From the NCBI GenBank assembly GCA_964234715.1, contig OZ174282.1: 64,000 nucleotides of DNA. One strand, written 5' to 3'. The notes below the pieces were generated by a model. The model was not told where the DNA came from, did not search any database, and saw only the letters and a program-made list of their open reading frames with translations. This stretch comes from Podarcis melisellensis (lineage: Eukaryota). The position numbers and the translations under genes were made by a program. Below, piece by piece: positions 48,262-59,200 of this stretch (position 1 is its first letter; each line of letters opens with the position of its first letter).

Positions 48262-48748
48262 AAGCATCTTAAAAAGCAGAAACATCACCTTGCCGACAAA
48301 GGGCCGTCTGGTTCAAGCTATGGTTTTCCCAGTAGTGATGTATGGAAGTGAGAGCTGGGCCATAAAGAAGGCTGATTGCCGAAGAATGGATGCTTTTGAA
48401 TTATGGTGCTGGAGGAGACTCTTGAGAGTCCCATGGACTGCAAGAAGATCCAGCCTATCCATTCTGAAGGAAATCAGCCCTGAGTGCTCACTGGAAGGAC
48501 AGATCATGAAGCCGAGGCTCCAAGACTTTGGCCACCTCATGAGAAGAGAAGACTCCCTGGAAAAGACCCTGATGTTGGGAAAGATTGAGGGCACAAGGAG
48601 AAGGGGACGACAGAGGACGAGATGGTGGGACAGTGTTTTCGAAGGTACCAGCATGAGTTTGACCAAACTGCGTGAGGCAGTGGAAGACAGGAGTGCCTGG
48701 CGTGCTCTGGTCCAGGGGGTCACGAAGAGTCGGACACGACTAAATGAG
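48262..48748 (+). mobile_element. BovB/RTE LINE 3' fragment
   Basis: LPTKGRLVQAMVFPVVMYGSESWAIKKAD...DAFELWCWRRLLRVPWTARRS...SLEKTLMLGKIEG...AWRALVQGVTKSRTRL is the BovB ORF C-terminus. Confidence 0.93.
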
Positions 48749-48906
48749 TAATCAGCAAAGGGGGCCAAAGCTGTGGGGTGAAGCAGGGGGAGGTGGCAGG
48801 GTGAACATTACCCCTCTCCCTTCCATCTTCTGGAACAGCTGATCTGTCAGGTGTAAAAAATTTTTTTGAAAAGGCTCCTAGAATTCAGGGCAAGTATGAT
48901 AGGGAT

Positions 48907-49183
48907 TCCCCGCGACTGAGTGAGCTCCTGTTGCTCGGCCCCTGCTCCTGCCAACCTAGCAGTTCAAAAGCACATCAGATTGCAAGTAGATAAATAGGCA
49001 CCGCTCCGGCGGGAAGGTAAACGGCATTTCCATGCGCTGCTCTGGTTCACCAGAAGCGGCTCACTCCTGCTGGCCACATGACCCGGAAGCTGTACACTGG
49101 CTCCCTTGGCCAATAAAGTTAGATGAGCGGCGCAACCCCAGAGTCGTCCGTGACTGGACCTAATGGTCAGGGGTCCCTTTACC
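48907..49183 (+). mobile_element. Sauria (POM-type) SINE, 5'-truncated
   Basis: Same core as the copy at 13241-13590, in the opposite orientation; 12-bp TSD TATGATAGGGAT (48895-48906, 49184-49195). Confidence 0.9.
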
Positions 49184-49707
49184 TATGATAGGGATGGTGG
49201 CAGCCCAGCCAGGAAGCTCAGAGCAGCCAACGCAGAAAATTGTTCAGTCTCCATCTTTTCTCCCAGGGGAAGGCAGGACAAGAGGAAGTGTGTTTGCCAG
49301 TTCCCCTACCATGGCAGTGTGATAGGACAGTGGTTTTGGGGGGGGGACATTTTAAGGTTTAAGAATAAATGGAAAGATTTAAGCAGGCCGTCCCTGCCCA
49401 CCTTCCTGGCACCATTTGCAGACTCTTCAAGTGCAGCCATTCTCCAGGAACTGTCCCTGTTTCTCATTTGATCCTGGAATGTCTCACTTTTTCTTAGGAT
49501 GTCTCTATTTTCATCGGAGGGTAGGTTGGAGGGTATGGAGTTATGCGACCCCCGAGCCAAGGAGATAAGGTCCTATACAACTGCTAGAAGACACCTGAAG
49601 ACAGCCCTGCATAGGGAAGTTTTGTTAATGTTTAATGTTTTGTTATATTTTTATATATGATAGAAGCCACCCAACGTTTCAGATGGGTGGGGCATAAATA
49701 ATAAAAG

Positions 49708-49782
49708 GAAGAAGAAGAAGAAGAAGAAGAAGAAGAAGAAGAAGAAGAAGAAGAAGAAGAAGAAGAAGAAGAAGAAGAAGAA
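49708..49782. repeat. (GAA)n microsatellite
   Basis: Seen directly, about 25 units. Confidence 0.95.
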
Positions 49783-51687
49783 ATAGGACATCCCTATTTC
49801 CATCGGAGAAATGTTGGAGGGTATGCCCTGGCATGTAGGAAGAAATCACAGCACATTTTATGCCTTTTCCACAGACACTCTGTCTTGGGCAGTCCCTGTG
49901 AAGCATTGCTGCTCAGAATCCTGACCCCTATGGCACAGATCTCCACATGGACTGATTTTCCCTGGTCTCGTTGAAAGTTTGGCGAAGAACCTCACAGGTC
50001 CTCAAGGGGCACCCATTATCGTAGGGGATTTAGCCTCCCAGCCAAGGCTTTCCCCTCCAGCCAGGATGGCTCCAGCCTCCAGCCTGAGAAAAAGCAGGCT
50101 GGGTTGGGGCAGTGAGTTCATGCTGGATTATTAAGCAATGTTAGAATTGCCAGGAAAGTTGCTGAGGATTAGCTGCTGAGGGCATTGGGTTCAAGTCCAG
50201 TGCAAACTGTAAGGAAAGGCTAAAGTGTATTGGTTGAAAAGCTCCCTCTCTGCGTGGGTGGGTGTAGGAATTGTGTGTGGTGGGGGTGATAAAGGTTTAT
50301 AAAATGATTAACTTTCTCTCCCTCTCTTTAATAACTGGACTGTTTAAAGTGGTATCATAGTGCTTTAAACGTTTGGTGGGAATGTGGCCCTAGAAAGGAT
50401 GTTGTAATAATGAGAAAATGTTGGCTTGGCCTAGAACGCCTGTGCTTCTCTCCCTCCCTTTCTCTCTGTGCACACAACAGACAGCTTTTCCGGCTCCTCA
50501 AGAGGCCTGCAGACTCCAGCGCGTCTCCTTTTGCGTTGTGTCGTCAAAGACTGCCTGCTGCTGGTCCTTCCCAGGCTCTGCACAATCGGTGTCACTGGGC
50601 ACCTGGGCACACCATGGTGTGCGCGTGGGACGCAAAGTGGCCTCTTCGTTGCCGCTGCAGAGCACCCTTCAAGTTCTTCTATCCCATTAAGCCATCACTA
50701 AGCAATCTTGACAGGAGTTCCATGCTACCATCTTCCATACAAGCAAGAGAAATGTGAGCTTGAAGGCAACAAACTCTCCCCATCCTGACACCGGGCTTGA
50801 TTTCCCTGATGTTTGTGGGAAGCAGGCCATCCCAGGATATTTTGCCGCTTGAGGTGAAAAGGAAAGTGTTCTCCCGCCTCCTCCTCCTCCTCCACAGCCC
50901 CCCACCATCACTGCTTCCCCTTCCTCCTCCTCCACAAAGGTCACTGCCTGATGCAACTGGAGACAGCCTGGGAGTTAAAGGAGGCCAGATCTGCCGCCCC
51001 TCCCAGCTGCCCAGAGTCTGCCTAACCTACCTCACAGGATTGTTGTGGGGATTAAATGAGGAGGGGAGGGGGAACCATGTGACCAGCTTGAGCCTCTTGG
51101 AGAAAACATCTGGAGGGGACTGATGGGTGTTCTAGTCCAAAATACCCAGGTTGGCAAACGGCTGCTTTTAGGCCTAGGATTTAAGTGACAGAATTCCAGG
51201 TGCGGCCCCAGAAATGTAGGGGTGAAGGACTCCAAAGTGGGCAGAGGGGCAGGGGAACTATGCCAGTGCAGTGCAGTGGTTGGAGAGGCAGCAGTTAGGA
51301 CTGACAACCTTCTCAAAACAGAACTGATATAACAATATTATCACTGAGCATGAACAAAGTACATTTCGCTTGACACCAGGTGACTTGGGCACCAGGTTGT
51401 GGGTGCCCAGCGATGCACACTCAACGTGACGTCATGATGTCGCGTGTGTTCTGCTCAGCCTCTGCCCACTGCCACCGCCAACCACAGCCGTGCCTCTCTG
51501 GTGCTGCTACTGCGGAGACCCGACTGGGGCCTCGGCCTCTGCTGTGGGGCCTCTCTTGGGGCCCACTGTGGCTGTGGACGTGCTTCCGGAAGTGTGGGTC
51601 AGCTTCCAGGGTGCATCTGCAGCCACAGTGGGCCTTGGTGTAGGCCTTGCATTGGAGGTCTTAGCCTGGTCGCCACAGTGGTGACGT

Positions 51688-52643
51688 CATAGCTGTCAAC
51701 TTACAGATTTGAAAATAAGGGACCAGCAGCCTTGAAAATAAGGGATCAGCAGCCAAAATAAGGGATTTTAGTCAACCAGCTGCTGAAATATGAAGTTAAA
51801 AGGGACCAGATAATTTTGGAGAGCAGCACCGGTTTTTAGCCCTTCGTTTCTAGAGGTTGCTGCTCAAGACACCAGCTGATGAAACACTGCAATTAAATAA
51901 CTACAAGCAGCAACCACTTTTCACGTAAAACAAAGTCCAAGCTACGAAGATGCTGCTGCAGTTCTGTATCTTTTCTCTCGTGCTTCATCTACAGCTCTCA
52001 GTTCCATCAGGTGGGGCAGGAGGAAGATGGGGGGAAAGCGCCCGAAGTAAATCCACAGATCAAACCATCTATGCTAGTCTACCACTACAAATCTATGGGA
52101 GAAGCGCTTGCGGTCCTTCCTCCGCTTTCCCCCTCTATGCTTAGCCCTTGGAACACCTGCCTCCTCCTCCCTCTGAACTGCTTTCTCTGTGGTTGCCTCG
52201 CTCTCCTCTCAAGGCTCCTCAGCAATTCATAGGCTGCACCAGGCTGCCCATCTCATCCGGGTCCTTTGGCAGCGCAGCCGCAGTACGGCCTAGTGGGAGC
52301 GGCAGCGGCGGTGATGGGCAGAGGGGAGGCCCCAGGCAGAGACGCTCAGTTTGGCGGCCACGAGGAGGATGGCGACGGAAGGGCCCGAGGCTCCCGCCAG
52401 TCCCGGCGGGGAGGGGCTCCCGGGGGCCGAGGCTGGTGAGAGGAGGCCGGAGGGGGGCGGGCCGGGCAGCCAAGCAACACAGTTGTAGCCTCCCTCCTCC
52501 CTGGCTGGCAGGGAGGGAGGGAGAGGAGCTGCGTCCTTTGAAACCCGGGAAATTTAAGGGACATCATCAATCCGGGACAGCAGCGGAACACGGCGCTGGG
52601 ATAAGGGAGTTTCCCGCCAAATAAGGGACGGTTGACAGGTATG
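51688..52643. mobile_element. Non-autonomous hAT element with subterminal AAATAAGGGA repeats and GC-rich cargo
   Basis: TIR CATAGCTGTCAAC / GTTGACAGGTATG (12/13); TSD GGTGACGT / TGTGACGT (7/8); three TAAGGGA repeats at each end. Confidence 0.85.
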
Positions 52644-55600
52644 TGTGACGTAGGTGGGGCAAGGGAGCACACATGTTCGGGAGAAGGCCTCTGCCCATGG
52701 CCCCATGCAGATGGCGACCCAATGTGTTGCATGTGTGACATCACAGGGCATCACACGTGTGACATCACACGTGCAACACATTGGGTCGCCGAACCAGGCA
52801 GCCACAGTGGAAATGTTGTGGGTGCCTAGGTCCCCAGGCCCCCTAAGAAATGGCACCTATGCTTCTGAGTATACATGTATAGGATGGCACTTACCTGGGA
52901 GGAAGCCTCAGTGGAATCTTTAGGGCTTGTCCACACTGGAACAAAATATGGGTTTGCAGCTGCCTGCCCCCCATTACTGTAGGGATGTCCACATTATGTC
53001 TTCCCCAGTCCAGTGTTGTCCTGGACCTTATCCCCTTTAAATGTGGGTTTTTTCAATCATTGGGAAGTCCAAAATGACCAAGATCAGGAAAAACCCACAT
53101 TCAAAGGGATAAAGGACAACATAGGAATGAGGAGAATGCCATGTGGACACCCCTATATTACTGGGGAGACAGGCAGTTGCAAATCCACATTTTGCTCTGG
53201 TGCAGACAAACCCTCAGTTCATGAAATTATACTCCTTGGTTTTTTATCTTGGCTCAAGTGCTGTTCAAATTTTTTAAATCACGGATTGAGCAAAGAAGTG
53301 GAGCGTGTAGTTATCCAATCTGCAGATGGCCCAAAGCCAGCAAACACTTTGAAGGAAAGAAGCTAGAATTAAAAAAGAGCTTTATAATTAGGTCTGAAAG
53401 CCTTGGTCAATTTATCAATATGATGGATTGATTAATTCGCTAAATTGTGGGTTTAGAACAGGATGTTTAATAGGCTTTTAAGAACTTGAGAACAGTTGCA
53501 GTGGGTGGAAGAATAATGGGCCACGAAGTTTGATTTTAAAAAACAGCCTTCCCCAACTTGGTGCCCTCCAGATGTTTTGGAATACAACTCCTATAAGCCG
53601 CGGCCAGCACAGCTGTATGGTGCTGGGATTGATGGAAGCACAGCCCTGCTGGCTGGGAATGATGGGGGGGGGGTGCTCCAAACTCTACAAAGTTACAGCA
53701 AAGGCTGGTTTGGGTTGGAAGAGTGGCATTTAGATTCCTTTGGGCTCCACCTATCAGCTTCTGCCCTGATTCCACCTTTATCCTTGGTTGGCAACAGGGA
53801 ATCTGTGTCCCTCCAGATGTAGTTAGACACTCATTTCCAGGGGAAATGGGAGTTTCAGGCTAGCAATCTGGAGTCTCACAGTTTCTCCATGTTTCTGTTC
53901 CTGATACTTCCAGGCTCCAGCCTTAACAAACCAGAGACTGTCCTCACTGGGAATGCTCACTTTCTTCCCGGAAGCTGATTCCAGTAGTTTTGAAATCCAA
54001 AGCTGGCCTCCATGCACGCAAAGTGGTTGTTTTTTTCAGTCTTTGGACAATGCATTCATTATGCTTCCCCAAACAATATATGTTTTGTGTCTTTTGCAAT
54101 TTAGTCAAGAGGAGCAATTGACTGCAATACTCCTCTTCATCGTCTCACTTTGTGCTCAGATGCTGCAGTATTATTATAATCAGCAGATGATTGATTAAAT
54201 GCTAAAACACAGAGACTGGAGTGGGTGGGGAAACCTTCTTTTAGAAGCTCACAACCTCAGTGACCATAAAATTAGGCAAGTGGGTGGATTAAAAGAAGCA
54301 GAAGCAGAAAGAATCTGGGCAAATGAAATTTCAGAGTGTTATATGGCACCAGAAAGTCAAAAACTCTGTGGCATGGAGAAATTGGGGTGAGTTCTGAGGA
54401 GAGCATCAGAGTTGAGAGAGGATTTAAAATTAAGAAAACATCTGAGGAGCATTTGAAGGAATTGGGTAAATTCAGCTTAGAGGAAAGAAGATTAAGGGAA
54501 GAGAGGATAAGACCCTTCAAATGTTTAATAGGCTACGGTAAGGGATCTAGAGATTCACTTGCAGGGAGGTTTATCTAGGGGCCAACAAGAGAAGCGGTGA
54601 CAGCAGAGCTGTGAGTCACAAGCACACAGAGCCCAAGCAAAAGGGGCAAATGGAGGAGCATCAGGTTCCCACATGGCATCCCCTGATTGTGTCCCCTCTG
54701 AAACCAGAGAGCCTCTGCTAGTCAGTGTGAACAATATTGAGCTAGAGGGACTAAGGGCTTGACTCTGTTCCTGGTCCAAAGCTGTGGAGCACCGTTATTG
54801 GAGAAATCTGGATGGAGCTGGAATTTTCTGGCCTTCCGAGTCTCTGATACTGGCTTTCCCCTCATTTATTTAGTGACTGAGCTAGTTCCATTTTTATCTC
54901 ACCTGTTCCTAAAGGCACAAGCCAGCGCACTTAATAAGAGTTTAAATTAAAGTCACCACCTCACACCTTAATCCTGGCTGTTTGGATGACTGCCCAAAGA
55001 GGAAGGCTTTTCAGAAAGTATTTTTGGGCTTAGACTCAGACAGATCTCTAGAGGAAAAGGTTTCCCCAGATGTGGGGCGGCCACCATAAACACCGCAGTC
55101 GAGAAGCCACCCCACACCCCACACATCCCCTCTGTTGTTTATATACAAGTTCTAGCTGCAAGCCCAATACCCGCAATGCTTTGCACAGTAATCTGGCTGT
55201 GTGGGGGTAGCATGGCTGGGTGCCAGGGGCAAGGCATGCTGGGGGGGGAGGGGACCAACAACAACGAGCTGTCCTGGCACCCGTAGCCTCCCGCTTTGAT
55301 CAGCATCTAGATGGCTGCCAGGTGGCACAGTGCCCAGCCACCTACCTCACCTGCCCCCCTCGTGGGAGGAGGAATAAGCCTCCTCTTGCACTCTGAGCAG
55401 TGCTAGAGGCAGCCGGTCTCCTGACCCTCGAATCACCTCTGCCCTAAGTTGCAATCAGAGGTTTCTGGCTTTCTGGGAGAGGAGCATGACCTGCTAGCAG
55501 AGCAGGGAGCCAGATCGCAGCAGAAGCGCACCCTGCGTCTCTCCACCACCAGACGCTGGAGCTTTAATTAAACAAACTCTCTGAAATTAGAGGTCTTCAG

Positions 55601-56143
55601 GCTGCGTCTGGTCAGCACCGCCTGCTACTTTGAGGTCAAGGGTGGGTCTCCTGCCGAAATAAGGCTGAGCTCAGAAGCTGGTGGCTGGGTGATCGCTGTC
55701 TTCTAGTCTACTGCATGGGTACAATTCACATTGCAAAGCCAGCAGAAAGATTGTGTTTGCCCTTAACGATGGCTCCCAGTTACACTCTCTGTCTGCAGGG
55801 GGCTATTCCTTAGCCCCATATGCAGCGCTGACCCACCCATGAGGCAAGGTGAGGCGACCGCCTTGGGCAGCAGGATCCACAGGGGCAGCAGATCCAGCCT
55901 CCAAGGACTGCATAGCCCACTGCTGCTGCCATGGTGGCAGAGACGGCTGCGGTGTGCTCCTTGGAGGCTGCATCTGCCCCCTCCGCTCCTCAGCAGCCGC
56001 TCAGAGAATAGGAGACACTGCTGACCTCCTCCCACCTGTAGAGACAAAATGGCAGGGGCTTCCTTGGCTCTGCTCTCGCCTGGTGAAATTCAGAGTGGGG
56101 CCCTTCCCCCAACCTGCATGCTGGCCTTTGATTTCCATTTAAA

Positions 56144-56579
56144 TCCAGTAGTGATGTATGGAAGTGAGAGTGGGACCATAAAGAAGGCAGATCACCAAAG
56201 AATTGATGCTTTTGAATTCTGGTGCTGGAGGAGACTCTTGAGAGTCCCATGGACTGCAAGAAGATCCAAACCTATCCATTCTGAAGGAAATCAGCCCTGA
56301 GTGCTCACTGGAAGGACAGATCCTGAAGCTGAGGCTCCAATCCTTTGGCCACCTCATGAGAAGAGAAGACTCCCTGGAAAAGACCCTGATGTTGGGAAAG
56401 ATGGAGGGCGCAAGGAGAAGGGGACGACAGAGGACGAGATGGTGGGACAGTGTTCTCCAAGCTACCAGCATGAGTTTGACCAAACTGAGGGAGGCAGTGG
56501 AAGACAGGAGTGCCTGGCGTGCTCTGGTCCAGGGGGTCACGAAGAGTTGGACACAACTAAATGACTAAAACAACAACAA
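56144..56579 (+). mobile_element. BovB/RTE LINE 3' fragment with (CAA)n tail
   Basis: Highly similar to 48262-48748 (PVVMYGSE, WCWRRLLRVPWTARRS, EKTLMLGK). Confidence 0.92.
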
Positions 56580-56705
56580 GATGGATTCGATTCCCCGACC
56601 CTCTTCCCAAGGTAGATCTTCACTCCTTGTTTGTTCCTGATGTAGATCTTCCCTCACCCCTCCTTCTTTGGTGTGATGGTGGTGCCATTTTGTGGCTGCC
56701 TCAGG

Positions 56706-56899
56706 CAGGGCTAGCCCAAGGTATTTTGGCATCTGAGGCAGACCACAAAATGGTCTCACCTCCCTGCCAGTGAAGAAGGAGTTAGTGAAGATCTACATCA
56801 GGAACAAGGGGGCAGTGAGTATCTACATTGGGACCTGCTGCGTCTGCGAAGCCGCCTGAGGTGGTTGCCTGACCTTGCCCTGTGGGTGGGCTGGCCCTG
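56706..56899. mobile_element. hAT MITE inserted in inverted orientation into a same-family element
   Basis: CAGGGCTAGCCC...GGGCTGGCCCTG; TSD GCCTCAGG / ACCTCAGG. Confidence 0.78.
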
Positions 56900-56933
56900 A
56901 CCTCAGGTGCCAAACATATTGGGCCAGCCCTGC

Positions 56934-57246
56934 TGAAATATACTCAGTCGAGAATTATTTATTCAGCTCATAGTGGTGAGGAGGAATGGAAGTTTCCCCA
57001 AAGTATCTGCTTTATATACATTATTTACACAATGGGCCCCACGTGATTGGCTAATTCCAGAATTCTCCTGTAGGCCAATCAGGTTGTGGATTCACTTCCA
57101 TCTGGAGCTGGATTGGGTGGCTCCTGCAGACCAATCATACTGCTGCATTGTTCTAGGACCAATCAGAGTGCTGCATTTTGGATCCTATTGTTCTAGGACC
57201 AATCAGGCTGCTGCATTTTGGATCCTATTCAACTCAGTACATAACA
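56934..57246 (-). mobile_element. Solo LTR of an LTR retroelement
   Basis: TG...CA ends; perfect 5-bp TSD CCTGC (56929-56933, 57247-57251); on the minus strand six CCAAT boxes, then TATATAAAG, then AATAAA, in U3-R-U5 order. Confidence 0.85.
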
Positions 57247-58015
57247 CCTGCCCATATAACCAGCTGACATCCCACATGAAAGGACGGTCTGCTCCCTAGA
57301 ACTTCACTCATAATCCTCTTCCGTGTGCTGCCAGTCCGTGGCTCTTGGTAAAAAGAACCTTGGCAGACAAATAGATGTGGAAAAGTTTCCCTGAAGCGAA
57401 GAACTTTCCAAAGCACTGGCCTAGGCCAGCTTTCCCCATAACCTGTTGCCCTCCAGTAGTTTTGGATTGCATGTCCCCGTTAACCCCAGGCTACTGATTG
57501 GGGCAGAGCCAGCCAGCAACTTCCTTTCAAATGTTTTTACAGGGGAAAAGAGAGAGACGTTTGTATCCACCCAGGCCTTCTTCAAGAATGCAGAGCTGAA
57601 GGGTTTTGCAACATCTGCTGTTTGCTGTTATGTCCCTTTTCTCTGCTGAGTTGGCCTCCTGTGATTCAATAACCAAGGGAACATTATTTTGTTTTTGTGT
57701 CTCAAAGTGGCCTTTGCGAACAGCCTTGCTGGCTGGACCGATGGGATTTGTCCTCCAGAACATCTGGAGGGCACCAGGTTGGTAGATGCTGCCCTAGAAG
57801 ACCAGCCAGACTGTTCATAACAAACGCCGTTCACCGTGCATGGTGAATGATGCAGGCATTCAATGTTTCCATGGATGTGCATTTATGTACACTGTAGAGA
57901 CCCAGGGAGTGATGGAAACACAGAAGAAAGCATTTAAGCATTTTTAAAAAAGGAACAGAAGACAGGAGAGTGAATTGCCAGGTTTGAGCAAACAGCAACT
58001 GTCTCTGGGAGAGTA

Positions 58016-58256
58016 CAGTGGTATCTTGGTTTACGAACTTAATCCGTTCCTTAAGTCCGTTCTTAAACTGAATCCATTCTTAAACTGAGGGGCGCTTTCC
58101 CTAATGAGGCCTCCCGCTGCCGGTGCCCTTCCACCGTGTGTATTCCGTTCTTAGACCGAGGTAAAGTTCGCAAACCGGGACACTACTTCCGGTTTTGTGG
58201 AGTTTGTAAACTGAATTGTTCATAAACAGGACTGTTCTTAGACCGAGGTATCACTG
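58016..58256. mobile_element. Tigger-like MITE
   Basis: TA|CAGTGGTATCTTGGTTTA...TAGACCGAGGTATCACTG|TA; same family as 1523-1737. Confidence 0.85.
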
Positions 58257-58699
58257 TATCCTCATATGCCAGCCCACCTCAAGAGACCGAGGCAAGAGCA
58301 AGTGTCAAGTGACATGGTGTCTTTCCTAAATGGACTGGCTGATCTTCCTGCCGTGACTAAAAGTCTTCGGAGGCGCCCAGCCTCGGCTGTGGAGGAGACG
58401 CTCTGCACATGCTCAAAAAGCACATGCAGAAACAACCTGGAAAGCACACGGGGAGCAGACCAGCGCCAATGAAGGGCTGCAGGAGGGCTCCGTCCTGCCT
58501 TACATCAAGCCAGTGCTTTTTCCTTTTTTCTTCCAAAAAATGTTTAGGAGTACTCTCATTTTGACTCAAGAAAATCACCTTTTTATAGTTCAGATCGGGA
58601 AAAATAAATACAGTAAATGGACGAAAGTACAAAGATTCTCAAAATGTCTGGGTGTTTGCATCCCCCCAGAAAAAGCACCGCATTAGCCCACAGCGTAAT

Positions 58700-59200
58700 T
58701 TCCATTCTTCGCCAAGGTGCTCCGCATTCCCGAGTCCGCGGCTCCCTCTAGCGGCCGCTCGCCGCCATTGCGCGCAGGGAAAGCCTCGCCCCGCCCCCGG
58801 GCTGCTTCCGGTCTTCTTCCCTTCGTGCGACCGCATTGGCTGCCTTTCCCCTCCCATCTCCTCTCCGATTGGGCGGAACGGGCGGCCGTGGCAGGTAAGA
58901 GCTAAGATGGCGGCCGATGCCTTTTCTAAGGAGCAGCCGGCCGGCGCCCACGTGACCGGGGGGGGGAGAGGCCCTGGTCCCCCGCAGGACCCGCCGCCCC
59001 TCAGGTTGCCCCCCCCCCGGGGCTGCTGGACTACAACTCCCAGCCCCAAGGCCCGGAGGGGAGCCGCCTCTTGGGGCCGCCTGGCCCCCAGCACCCCTCG
59101 AGGCTCCGGGGGCTGGAAGGAAGGTCCGAGCACTGGCTGGCCGCCCCGGGACACGAGGCCGGACCTGGGTCTGGCCCGGCGGGGCTCTGGCATGCTGAGG
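58700..59200 (+). promoter_or_regulatory. ANKRD39: CpG-island housekeeping promoter of ANKRD39, with a probable non-coding exon 1 (about 58805-58894)
   Basis: CpG-dense. Motifs: NRF1-like TGCGCGCA 58769, GC box 58788, ETS CTTCCGG 58805, ATTGG at 58835 and 58868, strong donor CAG|GTAAGA at 58895, YY1 AAGATGGCGGC 58904, E-box CACGTGAC 58949, ACTACAACTCCCAG 59030. Confidence 0.8.

Larger units (their letters stand above)
55823..56932. mobile_element. Non-autonomous hAT element (CAGGGC-type ends) hosting nested insertions
   Basis: Ends CAGCGCTGACCC / GGGCCAGCCCTG; TSD CCCATATG (55815-55822) / CCCATATA (57251-57258, displaced by the LTR insertion). Confidence 0.72.

Noticed and set aside
50481-50753. 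Exon-like segment (pyrimidine tract plus cag, later gtgagc) with raised CpG
   Set aside because: No frame gives a recognisable protein and no partner exons were found; it cannot be supported without RNA data.
52358-52366. CCACGAGGA resembling part of U3 snoRNA
   Set aside because: Only a 9-nt match, with no other U3 boxes.
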